A stretch of DNA of 64,000 bases, taken from contig CAVPLT010000006.1 of NCBI GenBank assembly GCA_963706325.1, positions 146,194-210,193 on the forward strand, in the 5' to 3' direction. Below are positions 11,364-20,491 of the stretch, in pieces; the first letter of the stretch is position 1, and each line of letters opens with the position of its first letter. The notes beneath the pieces are model-generated. The model was given only the letters and a program-made list of their open reading frames with translations, did no database searches and was not told the DNA's origin. Source of the DNA: an uncultured Nitrospiraceae bacterium (GTDB lineage Bacteria > Nitrospirota > Nitrospiria > Nitrospirales > Nitrospiraceae). The position numbers and the translations under genes are program-made.

Positions 11364-12785
11364 ATGAAGACTCAGGCCTCCTTTTCAGCTGCGCTCATTC
11401 TCGGATTCGGATTTTCCGTATGGCTAGCCGGAAGCCTAGTTCCTTGCTTCGCGGGCACCCTGGCCGACGGAACCACGCGCAAAGAATCTTCCGGGCTGCG
11501 GCTCTTGGAAGAACTCCAAACGGTCATTACGGATTTGGCTGAAGAAGCGAAACCCTCCGTCGTCAGTATCTTTCCTCTCCAAGCACAAGGGCGCACGCGC
11601 GATACGTCTGGCGAACGGTTGCCAAACTCCTCCGGGTCGGGATCCGGAGTCATCATCGATCCCGAAGGCCACATTATTACGAATAACCATGTCGTCGGCG
11701 ATGCCGCAGAAGTCGAAGTCCGTTTCTCTGACAAATCCAAACTGTTCGCCCAAGTCATTGGGAAAGACCCGGATACGGATTTAGCCGTATTGAAAGTCAC
11801 GGCTGATCATCCCCTTCCCGCTGCCCGCTTCGGAGACTCCTCCGGAGTAAAAGTCGGGCAATGGGTACTGGCCGTCGGGAATCCCTTCGGCCTTGATCGG
11901 ACCGTGACGCTAGGGGTCGTCAGCGGAATCGGACGGGAAAACATCAATTTGTCACGCTACGAAAATTTTATTCAGACCGACGCCTCGATTAATCCGGGCA
12001 ACTCCGGCGGGCCGCTCTTCAATTTGCGCGGCGACATCATCGGCATCAATACGGCGATCATCAACTTCGCGCAGGGTATCGGCTTTGCGATTCCTTCCAA
12101 CATGGCCAAGCAGGTCATGAAGCAACTCATCGCGAAAGGCAAAGTCGTGCGAGCCTGGCTAGGCGTAGGCCTTCAACCCGTGACTCAAGATCTAGCCAAA
12201 AAATTCGGCGTGGATGAAAACGAAGGAGTGCTCGTCAATGAAGTCTTCGAAAGGGATCCTGCCGCATTGGCTGGGGTCAAGCCAGGCGACGTCATCACCA
12301 AGGTCGACGGGGCATTGGTAGACACGCCCAATAAGCTCTCACGATTAGTGGCCGCGCTCGAGCCGGGAGCCACGGCCAACGTTGAAGTGGTGCGGGACGG
12401 TAAGCGGATCGTACTCAAGGTGGCATTAAGCGAGCGCAGGGATACGGTCGTTACCGCCTCGCTGCCTCAGACTCGAACAGACCTGAAGTTGGGCATTGAT
12501 GTGCAGGATTTGACTGCGGGGTTGGCCGAGAAGTTTCGTCTCAAAGAAACCCGGGGGGTGCTGATCTCCAAGGTGGAGACGGGCAGTCTGGCCCAAGCGG
12601 AAGGGTTGCGCGAAGGCGATCTGGTCAAGGAAGTCAACCGTGTCGACACGGGTACGGTCGGAGAATTTTCCGCCGCCGTGTCCAAGGTCAAGCGCGGCGA
12701 TACGATTCTTCTGCGGGTGCTCCGTGAAGGTCGGGCCTTTTATGTTGTGCTCAAGCCGGCCGATCCCTCACCTACCCCGCCATAG
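11364..12785 (+). CDS. degP: Periplasmic serine protease Do/DegQ (trypsin + 2 PDZ)
   Basis: Signal-like N-terminus; TNNHVV, DLAVLK, QTDASINPGNSGGPL; two PDZ domains. Confidence 0.93.
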   Translation: MKTQASFSAALILGFGFSVWLAGSLVPCFAGTLADGTTRKESSGLRLLEELQTVITDLAEEAKPSVVSIFPLQAQGRTRDTSGERLPNSSGSGSGVIIDPEGHIITNNHVVGDAAEVEVRFSDKSKLFAQVIGKDPDTDLAVLKVTADHPLPAARFGDSSGVKVGQWVLAVGNPFGLDRTVTLGVVSGIGRENINLSRYENFIQTDASINPGNSGGPLFNLRGDIIGINTAIINFAQGIGFAIPSNMAKQVMKQLIAKGKVVRAWLGVGLQPVTQDLAKKFGVDENEGVLVNEVFERDPAALAGVKPGDVITKVDGALVDTPNKLSRLVAALEPGATANVEVVRDGKRIVLKVALSERRDTVVTASLPQTRTDLKLGIDVQDLTAGLAEKFRLKETRGVLISKVETGSLAQAEGLREGDLVKEVNRVDTGTVGEFSAAVSKVKRGDTILLRVLREGRAFYVVLKPADPSPTPP

Positions 12786-12809
12786 CCGGCTTCGCGCCTT
12801 GTGCTGTGG

Positions 12810-14918
12810 TCAATGCACGCCGACGGCATGCCGTCCGGCCTTGTGCTCGTCAATGATGCGGCCCACCAGCTCTTTCGGTACCTCTTCATAGTGGGCATGT
12901 TCCATCAGGTAACTACCTCGGCCGGCGGTCAGAGAGTTGAGAGCGGGGGCATAGGTGAGCATCTCCGCTTGAGGCACCAGGGCCTTGATGGTCTCCATAT
13001 GACCGTTTGCTTCGACCATCACAATGCGTCCGCGGCGCGCGTTCAGATCTCCCAAGACCGCTCCGACACAATCTGCCGGAACCTCTACTTCCACGCTCAT
13101 CAGCGGTTCAAGCAGAATTGGATGAGCCGCTTCAATCGCCTTTTTTACTCCCATGGACCCGGCTATTTTAAAGGCCATCTCCGATGAATCGACGACATGG
13201 TAGGACCCGTCATACACGGTGACTCGAAGGTCCACGACGGGATACCCCGCAAGTGGCCCTTCACGCAGCGCCTCAATGACGCCCTTTTCTACAGCCGGCA
13301 CAAAGTTGCGCGGAATAGCTCCGCCGACAATCTTATTTTCGAACTCGAACCCCTTGCCGCGTGGTAACGGACCGATTTCCAACCAACAATCCCCATACTG
13401 GCCATGCCCGCCCGTCTGTTTTTTATACTTACCTTGTGCCTGCGAGACACTGCGAACCGACTCACGATAGGATACTTTCGGCGCGTGCAACGTCACATCC
13501 GCACCGTACTTGCGATGGAGCTTCTCCAGGGCGACGTCGATGTGCAGCTGGCCCAAACCGCTCAGCACCATCTCCTTTGTCTCCATATGGCGAACAAACT
13601 CCAAACTTGGATCTTCCTCAATGAGTTTGTGAAGGCCCAAACTCACCTTCTCAATATCCGCATTGGATCTCGGTTCAATGGCGAAGGACACCACGGGCCT
13701 GGTGAACTGAATGCCGGGGTACTGAATCGGCGCTCGTTCCTCACACAACGTATCACCTGTGAGACTGTCCTTCAGCTTGGCGATTGCCACAATTTCACCT
13801 GCCCTAGCCCGCGAGACCGGCGTGTACTTTTTCCCCACAATGGAAAACAGATGCCCGCCGCGTTCTTTTATCTGTCGAGTGGCATTGTACAAGCCGGTAT
13901 CCGCCTCCAGAGTACCGGAGTAGAGGCGCACGTAGGATAGTCGCCCGACAAATGGATCGATGAGTGTCTTAAACACCACCGCCGAGAATGGGTCAGACTC
14001 CAATGGCTCTCGCGTGATCTGAGCTGAGCCAGCCGCCAATCCCGAACCGTGCAACGGCGCAAACCGGGCTCGTCTGATGGGTGAGGGCATGAATTCCACA
14101 AGACTGTTCAAGAGTGTCGACACACCGATGCGACGCAGCGCCGACCCACCGACAACAGGAACCAGCGAGCCCTGTTCTGCGCCGACGCGTAATCCGGCGA
14201 GCAAAGCCCCGTCCGTCAACTCGCCGTCTGTCAAGTAGCGATCAAGAAGCTGTTCATCTCCTTCCGCCACCAGTTCAGTCAACTTACGCCTGGCCTGATC
14301 AACCCGCTCGCGCCACTGGGATGGCACTGGCGACTCCTGCGGATGCAGACGAGCGGGGTCCTGAGTGATGACATGATTATGAAGCAGATCCGCCAGATCA
14401 GTGATCTGCGCGCCGATGCCCATCGGCAGCGTGAGAGGGATGGCCTTGATCTCCAGTTCTGTGACCAAGGCATCAATCGTCTGCGGGAAATCCGTACCGT
14501 CCTTGTCGAGGTCATTGACAAAAACAACACAAGGGAGTCCCGCATCGTGGATGGTGGTCCAGAGCCGCTGGATTTCGCTGCGCACCCCCATGGAGGCACT
14601 CACAACCAGGATGACGCTATCCGCCACGCGCAAGGCCGATCGCGTCTCGCCGACAAAGCTGGGCGAACCTGGGGTATCGAGGAGATTGAGCCACGTGTCT
14701 CTGTAGGAGCAGTGAAGCACGCTGGTGTTGAGCGACGTTCGACGATGAATTTCTTCCGGTTCAAAATCAGATGCCGTGGTACCGGCGAGAATGGACCCAA
14801 GAGAGGGAAGACTGCCTGCGAAGTACGCCAACGCTTCGACTAACGAGGTTTTTCCCGATCCCGTATTCGACACCACGGCCACATTTCTGATGGATTCAGT
14901 GGGGGGAACGTTCATCAT
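12810..14918 (-). CDS. fusA2: Elongation factor G paralogue (EF-G2-like)
   Basis: Full EF-G architecture (KKQTGGHGQYG, DGSYHVVDSSEMAF, GDLNARRG) with divergent G motifs; GAGGAGG RBS before ATG 14918. Confidence 0.9.
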   Translation of the reverse strand: MMNVPPTESIRNVAVVSNTGSGKTSLVEALAYFAGSLPSLGSILAGTTASDFEPEEIHRRTSLNTSVLHCSYRDTWLNLLDTPGSPSFVGETRSALRVADSVILVVSASMGVRSEIQRLWTTIHDAGLPCVVFVNDLDKDGTDFPQTIDALVTELEIKAIPLTLPMGIGAQITDLADLLHNHVITQDPARLHPQESPVPSQWRERVDQARRKLTELVAEGDEQLLDRYLTDGELTDGALLAGLRVGAEQGSLVPVVGGSALRRIGVSTLLNSLVEFMPSPIRRARFAPLHGSGLAAGSAQITREPLESDPFSAVVFKTLIDPFVGRLSYVRLYSGTLEADTGLYNATRQIKERGGHLFSIVGKKYTPVSRARAGEIVAIAKLKDSLTGDTLCEERAPIQYPGIQFTRPVVSFAIEPRSNADIEKVSLGLHKLIEEDPSLEFVRHMETKEMVLSGLGQLHIDVALEKLHRKYGADVTLHAPKVSYRESVRSVSQAQGKYKKQTGGHGQYGDCWLEIGPLPRGKGFEFENKIVGGAIPRNFVPAVEKGVIEALREGPLAGYPVVDLRVTVYDGSYHVVDSSEMAFKIAGSMGVKKAIEAAHPILLEPLMSVEVEVPADCVGAVLGDLNARRGRIVMVEANGHMETIKALVPQAEMLTYAPALNSLTAGRGSYLMEHAHYEEVPKELVGRIIDEHKAGRHAVGVH

Positions 14919-15048
14919 GACCTCCTCCAGTGAGCCGGCGGCCTCTGGGGCCCTGGTTAGTAGTGCAAGAGTGCGCGATCCCTTCCTTTCTGAGCCTGTC
15001 CCATGAGAGGCCTGCAGCAACGGTCACCGCAACTGTTGTTGTGATGAC

Positions 15049-15765
15049 TCATGCCAGTGACGCCTCTCCGCTTAACCAACCCTGATCTGCAAAACTGACA
15101 TATCGACCATCTCCCACAATGAGATGGTCGAGGACTTGAATCCCCAAGAGCGACCCGGCAGACACCAATCGAGCTGTGAGCACACGGTCCTCCTGGCTCG
15201 GGGTTGGATCTCCGCTGGGATGGTTGTGGAGAAAAATCACCGCGGCGGCAGACGCCCGCAGCGCCGGGATAAAAACTTCTCGAGGATGCACAATACTCAA
15301 TGTGAGGCTGCCTTCAGAGATCGTCACATCGCGAATAATCTGATTCTTGGCATCCAGCAGGACCACCCTGAAGATCTCGTGCCGCAGGTCACGCAGGCTC
15401 GGGTGGTAGTGCTTAAAAAGGTCCGCACTAGAGTTGATGCGCATGCCGGTGGTCAATGGGGACGACACGGCACGCTTGCCGACTTCCACAGCGGCCTTGA
15501 GTTGGGCAGCCTTGGCTGGCCCTACCCCCGGGACGGCACACAGTTCTTCAACACTGCAGTGCAGAAGACCGAAAATGCCTCCTATGCGCTCAAGCACGTC
15601 CATCGCAACGTTCACCGCAGAGGCGTCTTGCCTCCCTACGCGCAATAAAATCGCGAGCAGTTGGGCATCGGATAGGGTTTCGGCTCCTTCGCAGAGCAAC
15701 CGCTCGCGTGGGCGTTCTGTCTCAGGCCAATCCCCGATCCCACCCCCTGGTTTTTTCGGTGTCAT
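15049..15765 (-). CDS. radC: RadC/JAB-domain protein
   Basis: ERPRERL, GVGPAKA (HhH), VHPREVF, HNHPSGDPTPSQED, VLDHLIVG. Confidence 0.95.
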   Translation of the reverse strand: MTPKKPGGGIGDWPETERPRERLLCEGAETLSDAQLLAILLRVGRQDASAVNVAMDVLERIGGIFGLLHCSVEELCAVPGVGPAKAAQLKAAVEVGKRAVSSPLTTGMRINSSADLFKHYHPSLRDLRHEIFRVVLLDAKNQIIRDVTISEGSLTLSIVHPREVFIPALRASAAAVIFLHNHPSGDPTPSQEDRVLTARLVSAGSLLGIQVLDHLIVGDGRYVSFADQGWLSGEASLA

Positions 15766-15776
15766 CTGAATTTTCT

Positions 15777-15794
15777 GCGACAAAAAAATGTCGC
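15777..15794. promoter_or_regulatory. Palindromic putative enhancer (bEBP upstream activating sequence)
   Basis: Perfect inverted repeat GCGACA-AAAAAA-TGTCGC about 100 bp upstream of a -24/-12 element. Confidence 0.5.
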
Positions 15795-15888
15795 CCTGCA
15801 CGTTTTTGTGCCGGTCACTTGACGCCTATCCGATCTCCTGCTAGGCACCCTAATCACATAACCCATTGAAACTATATGGTTTGACAAT

Positions 15889-15905
15889 TTGGTGCAGCTC
15901 TTGCT
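15889..15905 (+). promoter_or_regulatory. Sigma54 (-24/-12) promoter
   Basis: TTGGTGCAGCTCTTGCT: GG-N10-GC with TTGC; IHF-like TAACCCATTGAAA just upstream. Confidence 0.6.
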
Positions 15906-15949
15906 TCAGAGCAGTCACAGCTGTAAACGTCGCCGCCCAGGAGGAAAAA

Positions 15950-16123
15950 ATGGAATGTCCGAAATGCAAAGGCATGATGATGTTGGAACGGTTCTCAGAT
16001 TTCTTTCTCATTTTCTACGCGTGGAAATGCATTAACTGTGGCGCCATCATTGACCGAACGATTTCAGCTAATCGAAGAAAGAGCCTCGCCGCTCGCGAAG
16101 CGCAGCCGGTGGCGACTCGCTAA
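15950..16123 (+). CDS. Small Zn-ribbon protein (57 aa, CxxC...CxxC)
   Basis: MECPKCKGMM...WKCINCGAIIDRTI; strong AGGAGG RBS. Confidence 0.8.
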   Translation: MECPKCKGMMMLERFSDFFLIFYAWKCINCGAIIDRTISANRRKSLAAREAQPVATR

Positions 16124-16230
16124 TCCGGCGGTCTTTCTGCTCGGTTCACCCTGTCGATTGATGGTGTGAGGGCCAGAACACTTTGGCCGCCTCCCCAGCT
16201 GTCGAAATCGAGTTGTAAAAGAGCGACCTG

Positions 16231-16259
16231 ATTATAGCGAGCCCCTCCCCACGCGTCAA
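16231..16259 (-). promoter_or_regulatory. Near-consensus sigma70 promoter on the minus strand
   Basis: TTGACG (16259-16254), 17 bp, TATAAT (16236-16231). Confidence 0.7.
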
Positions 16260-16434
16260 AGCGCGAACCCCCTCGTCGACGACTACAGCGCTCCCCGCCC
16301 GCTGCGGGGAGAAGATTCTCCTCGGTTTCCTTTCCGCTTTCTTCAGGGCTTCGTCACCTTGACCCCTTCAAAAACGCTATGTTAGAGTCTCCTGCTTCTA
16401 GCTAGAGACGAATGATTTTCACCCGAATACGATC

Positions 16435-17007
16435 ATGCGCGTCATTGCAGGGGTGCATCGGGGCCGACGGTTGCTTGGTCCCAGGGGACAGGCTATTCGC
16501 CCGACATCTGACCGAGTGAAGGAAGCCTTGTTTTCGATTCTTGGTGAGCGCACCACGGGAGCCCGCGTGCTCGATCTTTATGCCGGGACGGGGTCGATTG
16601 GAATTGAAGCCCTGAGCCGCGGCGCCGCACATGTGACCTTTGTCGAAGCCGACCGTACGGCACTCCGGCTGGTGCAGTCTAACCTGCAACATTGCGGTCT
16701 TGAACCATCCGCGAGTATCTGCGCCTGCCAAGTCAGTCAATTTTTTCGCCGCACGATCCATTGGTCCGATCCCTACAACATCGTCTTCTGCGATCCACCC
16801 TATCAATTGACGACGGAACTGATTGCTTTAGGGAATGAGTGGGACAGACGATGGTTCGCGGATGACGCCATCGTGATCCTGGAGCATGGACGGAAAGCAC
16901 AGATTCCACCGACACTGGGACCCCTCTCTCTAGTGAAGCGCTACGACTATGGCGACACGGCGCTCACACGATTTCAGGTCACCCAGAAAGAAACACCACC
17001 GTCATGA
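16435..17007 (+). CDS. rsmD: 16S rRNA m2G966 methyltransferase
   Basis: MRVIAG, RPTSDRVKEALF, LDLYAGTGSIGIEALSRGA, DPPY. Confidence 0.95.
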   Translation: MRVIAGVHRGRRLLGPRGQAIRPTSDRVKEALFSILGERTTGARVLDLYAGTGSIGIEALSRGAAHVTFVEADRTALRLVQSNLQHCGLEPSASICACQVSQFFRRTIHWSDPYNIVFCDPPYQLTTELIALGNEWDRRWFADDAIVILEHGRKAQIPPTLGPLSLVKRYDYGDTALTRFQVTQKETPPS

Positions 17008-17492
17008 AAACTGCCGTTTATCCCGGCACATTCGATCCGATTACGCACGGACATAGTGATATAATCCGGCGGGGATTTCGAATGTTCGAGAAGGTCATCG
17101 TGGCGATCGCACCCAACCCAAGCAAACATCCCTTTTTCAGTGTGAAGGAACGGCTGGAGATGGTCCGACTGGTCACGAAAGACCTGCCGAACTTAGAGGT
17201 CACGACGTTCGAAGGGCTACTGGTTGATTTTGTACGAAAAAGCGGCGCCCATGCCATCCTTCGAGGATTACGGGCTATTTCTGACTTCGAGCACGAGTTT
17301 CAGATGGCCCTCATCAATCGAAAACTAGCGGAAACGGTCGAAACGGTATTTCTGATGCCCAGCGAAGAGTATTCTTATCTGTCCTCCACCATCATCAAGG
17401 ATGTCGCCAGCCACGGCGGGGCACTGCAGGACTTTGTGCATCCTGAAGTGGCCAGGAGACTCCAAGAACGAATTCGGAGCTTTAAAGGATGA
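17004..17492 (+). CDS. coaD: Phosphopantetheine adenylyltransferase
   Basis: YPGTFDPITHGH, RGLRAISDFE, LSSTIIK. Confidence 0.97.
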   Translation: MKTAVYPGTFDPITHGHSDIIRRGFRMFEKVIVAIAPNPSKHPFFSVKERLEMVRLVTKDLPNLEVTTFEGLLVDFVRKSGAHAILRGLRAISDFEHEFQMALINRKLAETVETVFLMPSEEYSYLSSTIIKDVASHGGALQDFVHPEVARRLQERIRSFKG

Positions 17493-18682
17493 AACTTGCA
17501 GCCCGCGTCGGACGAATCGTCCCCTCTCCTACCCTCAGCATTACAGCCACTGCGAAGGCGATGGCGGCACAAGGAGTCGATGTCATTGATTTCGCCTCCG
17601 GAGAGCCGGATTTCGACACGCCTGAGCCGGTCAAGGCGGCTGCGGAAGCCGCGATTCGCGCCGGATTCACAAAGTACACGCCTTCATCTGGTATTGACGA
17701 ATTACGGGACGCCATTGCGGACAAGCTGAAAACCGAACAGGGACTGCACTACGAAAAATCACAGATTCTCGTCTCCTGTGGCGCGAAGCATTCGCTTTAC
17801 AATGTGGCGGAAGCGCTGTTAGAAGCGGGCGATGAGCTGATAATTCCGGTGCCCTTTTGGGTTTCCTACCAGGATCAGACGCTGCTCAACGACGCGACGC
17901 CGATCCTCCTGCAGACGCAGGAACGCGATGGATATACCATCACTCAGGAAGCGCTCGAAGCCGTTGTTACGCCACGGACCAAGGCTATCATCGTCAATAG
18001 TCCCTGTAACCCGACCGGCGCCACGTACGATCGGAAAACCCTCGAGGGAATCGCCGCCGTGGCCTTACGCCACAACCTCGTGATTATTTCGGACGAGATT
18101 TATGAGAAAGTGCTCTACGACGGCTTCGAGCACATCAGCATCGCCACATTAAGCCCTGAGGTGGCCGCGAGAACCGTCGTCATCAACGGTGTTTCGAAAG
18201 CCTATGCGATGACGGGTTGGCGGATCGGCTATGCGGCAGGACCGAAGCCGTTGCTAACGGCCATGGCCAATATCCAAAGCCAAAGCACGTCCAATCCCTG
18301 TTCGATTTCGCAGAAGGCGGCCGTGGCGGCGTTACGCCTAGCAGCCCCCTTCACGAAAATAATGGTGGCGGAATTCGACCGACGTCGGCGCGTGATGGTG
18401 GATCGGCTCAACCGCATGCCCGGGGTGACGTGCTCTATGCCGACTGGAGCCTTCTATGCCTTCCCGAATGTGAGCGGCTTGTTAGCCCGACGCTGGAAGG
18501 ATCGGCCGATCGGCTCTGCCGCCGACCTGGCAACCTATTTGCTCAACGAGGCTCAAGTGGCAGTCGTCCCCGGTGAACCGTTTGGAAGTGGATGCCATAT
18601 TCGGCTGTCCTATGCCACTGCCATGGAGGGCGTCGAGCGAGGGTTGACCCGTATCGAAACGGCGATTCGTCGCCTTTCGTAG
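17489..18682 (+). CDS. aspC: Class I PLP aminotransferase (aspartate aminotransferase-like)
   Basis: GEPDFDTP, NSPCNPTG, SDEIY, SKAYAMTGWRIGY. Confidence 0.9.
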   Translation: MKLAARVGRIVPSPTLSITATAKAMAAQGVDVIDFASGEPDFDTPEPVKAAAEAAIRAGFTKYTPSSGIDELRDAIADKLKTEQGLHYEKSQILVSCGAKHSLYNVAEALLEAGDELIIPVPFWVSYQDQTLLNDATPILLQTQERDGYTITQEALEAVVTPRTKAIIVNSPCNPTGATYDRKTLEGIAAVALRHNLVIISDEIYEKVLYDGFEHISIATLSPEVAARTVVINGVSKAYAMTGWRIGYAAGPKPLLTAMANIQSQSTSNPCSISQKAAVAALRLAAPFTKIMVAEFDRRRRVMVDRLNRMPGVTCSMPTGAFYAFPNVSGLLARRWKDRPIGSAADLATYLLNEAQVAVVPGEPFGSGCHIRLSYATAMEGVERGLTRIETAIRRLS

Positions 18683-18812
18683 AACAGATGAATATACCCA
18701 AAGCCATTCCCTTGATTTCTGGCGAAGAGAGGCTACAAGTAAGAGAGCAGGTCAGCGAATTGCACCACACAGGCCCAACCAGATTACGGTCTGATGACAG
18801 GAGGATAGCCCA

Positions 18813-19217
18813 GTGCCGATCTATGAATATCAATGTGTCAGCTGTGCTCATCGTTTTGAATTAAAGCAGAGCATGAAGGACGACCCCATCAAGGAATGTC
18901 CTCGTTGCGGCAAGGAAGTGACTAAGTTAATTTCTTCACCCGCCATCATGTTCAAAGGTAGCGGGTGGTATATCACCGATTATTCGGACAAGATGAAGCC
19001 TGGTTCAGGAGGTGACTCGCCGGAGAAAGCGGCAGCTCCCGGGTCAGAGAAAACGAAAACTCCCGCCTCATCCGAGACGACGACCGCCGGCTCTTCATCG
19101 ACGCCCGCTCCGACACCCTCCGCCCCCGCTGCTTCCGGCTCAGCCACCACACCCAGTACGAGCACGCCCAGCACCGGGTCTGCTAGTTCGAGCTCCTCGT
19201 CTTCTTCAGCGGCCTGA
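18813..19217 (+). CDS. FmdB-family zinc-ribbon protein with a low-complexity S/T/P/A tail
   Basis: MPIYEYQCVSC...CPRCG...FKGSGWYITDY; AGGAGG RBS, GTG start. Confidence 0.88.
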   Translation: MPIYEYQCVSCAHRFELKQSMKDDPIKECPRCGKEVTKLISSPAIMFKGSGWYITDYSDKMKPGSGGDSPEKAAAPGSEKTKTPASSETTTAGSSSTPAPTPSAPAASGSATTPSTSTPSTGSASSSSSSSSAA

Positions 19218-19318
19218 CGGTCGGAGGAACGCAGAGGAATCCTATCCACCCTCTTCGACGGGCGAAGGCACGTGCTCTACGCCTGTTGAGCAGGTGCGAT
19301 GGTCCTGGCAGAGATATG

Positions 19319-19774
19319 CTACGGGGTGCTTCGTCTAGTTGGAGCGGGTTTTGCTTTCTTGGCGCTGGTCGACTTGCCGGAAGATTTCACCGTTGCTTTG
19401 GCTCCGGCCTTGAGGGGTTTCTTCACAGCGGCTTTCGCGGTAGGCTTGACGGCGTGACTCTTCGCGGCCTTCACCGCGTGCTCTCTGGCCGACGCGATCG
19501 TGTGCTCTAAATTAGCAATCATCGCCGATTTTTCTTTGTTCACCCGCGTCAAATCTTCCACGCGAATCTGCAATTCTTCCTTTGCCTTGTTCGCGGCATT
19601 GAGCTGATTCTGGAGCAGGGCTTTGTCCGCCGCAGATTGCTGAGCTTCAGAGTGCAACTGTTCAATTTGAGCCTGCAGCGCGGGTGGCCAGAAGTCGCAT
19701 CCAGTCAGCAGAAGCATGGCGCCGACTCCGAGCGCAGACAGTTGCATCACGGCGCGATGAGATCGAGTGAGCAT
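19319..19774 (-). CDS. Putative lipoprotein, coiled coil with K/A-rich tail
   Basis: Lipobox LLTGC, heptad region, basic tail; GGAGG RBS. Confidence 0.7.
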   Translation of the reverse strand: MLTRSHRAVMQLSALGVGAMLLLTGCDFWPPALQAQIEQLHSEAQQSAADKALLQNQLNAANKAKEELQIRVEDLTRVNKEKSAMIANLEHTIASAREHAVKAAKSHAVKPTAKAAVKKPLKAGAKATVKSSGKSTSAKKAKPAPTRRSTP

Positions 19775-19822
19775 AGATAATCCTCCAATGAGGGTGAATT
19801 ATACCGACAACCGAACGTCAAA

Positions 19823-20470
19823 TCATAATGAAAGTGTATAGCCCTGCGATGAAAGCGCCTCACGAATGACATCCGTTGACAGGGCGCCGGGTCGAAGCAG
19901 CCGGGGACGGTCACAGGCATCAACAATGGTGGAAGCCCGGCCACCTGGTGTACGACCTCCGTCCAAAATCATATCAAGCGCGGAACCCAATGCGCGCTCT
20001 ACGTCGGCCGCATTACTGAGAGACGGTTCAGATGATCGGTTTGCGCTCGTCCCGGTGACGGGACCCGTCTTGGACAAGAGTCTCCTGAGATAGGGCAAGG
20101 GCGACAGGCGAATTCCTATGGTTCCCGTCCCGGCTGTCAGCAATGAAGGCAGATCTGCGGCGGCTGGAAATACGATGGTCAAGGGCCCAGGCCACAACTG
20201 CTCCATGAGGACGGCAGCGGCAGGCGGAATCCTCGCCACCAATTGGTCCAGTTGGCCGTGGTTGCCAATGAGGACCAAAATCGGTTTATCGGACGGTCGG
20301 CCCTTGATTTCAAATAGGCGGCGTAAGGCCTGTCGCTGAGTGGGAAGCACCGCCAGACCGTACGAGGTTTCGGTGGGAATGGCGATGACACCCCCCGCGG
20401 CCAACACCCGTTGCACCTCCGGTAGGATCGTCTCGCAGGTCTGGTCGTTGAAGGGAAGAAGGAGAGCCAT
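19823..20470 (-). CDS. tsaC: L-threonylcarbamoyladenylate synthase (YrdC/Sua5)
   Basis: IPTETSYGL, KGRPSDKP, WPGPLT, TSANRS, ASTIVD. Confidence 0.93.
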   Translation of the reverse strand: MALLLPFNDQTCETILPEVQRVLAAGGVIAIPTETSYGLAVLPTQRQALRRLFEIKGRPSDKPILVLIGNHGQLDQLVARIPPAAAVLMEQLWPGPLTIVFPAAADLPSLLTAGTGTIGIRLSPLPYLRRLLSKTGPVTGTSANRSSEPSLSNAADVERALGSALDMILDGGRTPGGRASTIVDACDRPRLLRPGALSTDVIREALSSQGYTLSL

Positions 20471-20491
20471 GCTGCTGACGCACGTATTCGC

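Noticed and set aside
15049..15765. radC as a marker of a mobile element
   Set aside because: It is the full-length HhH + JAB chromosomal type, with no integrase or transfer genes nearby.
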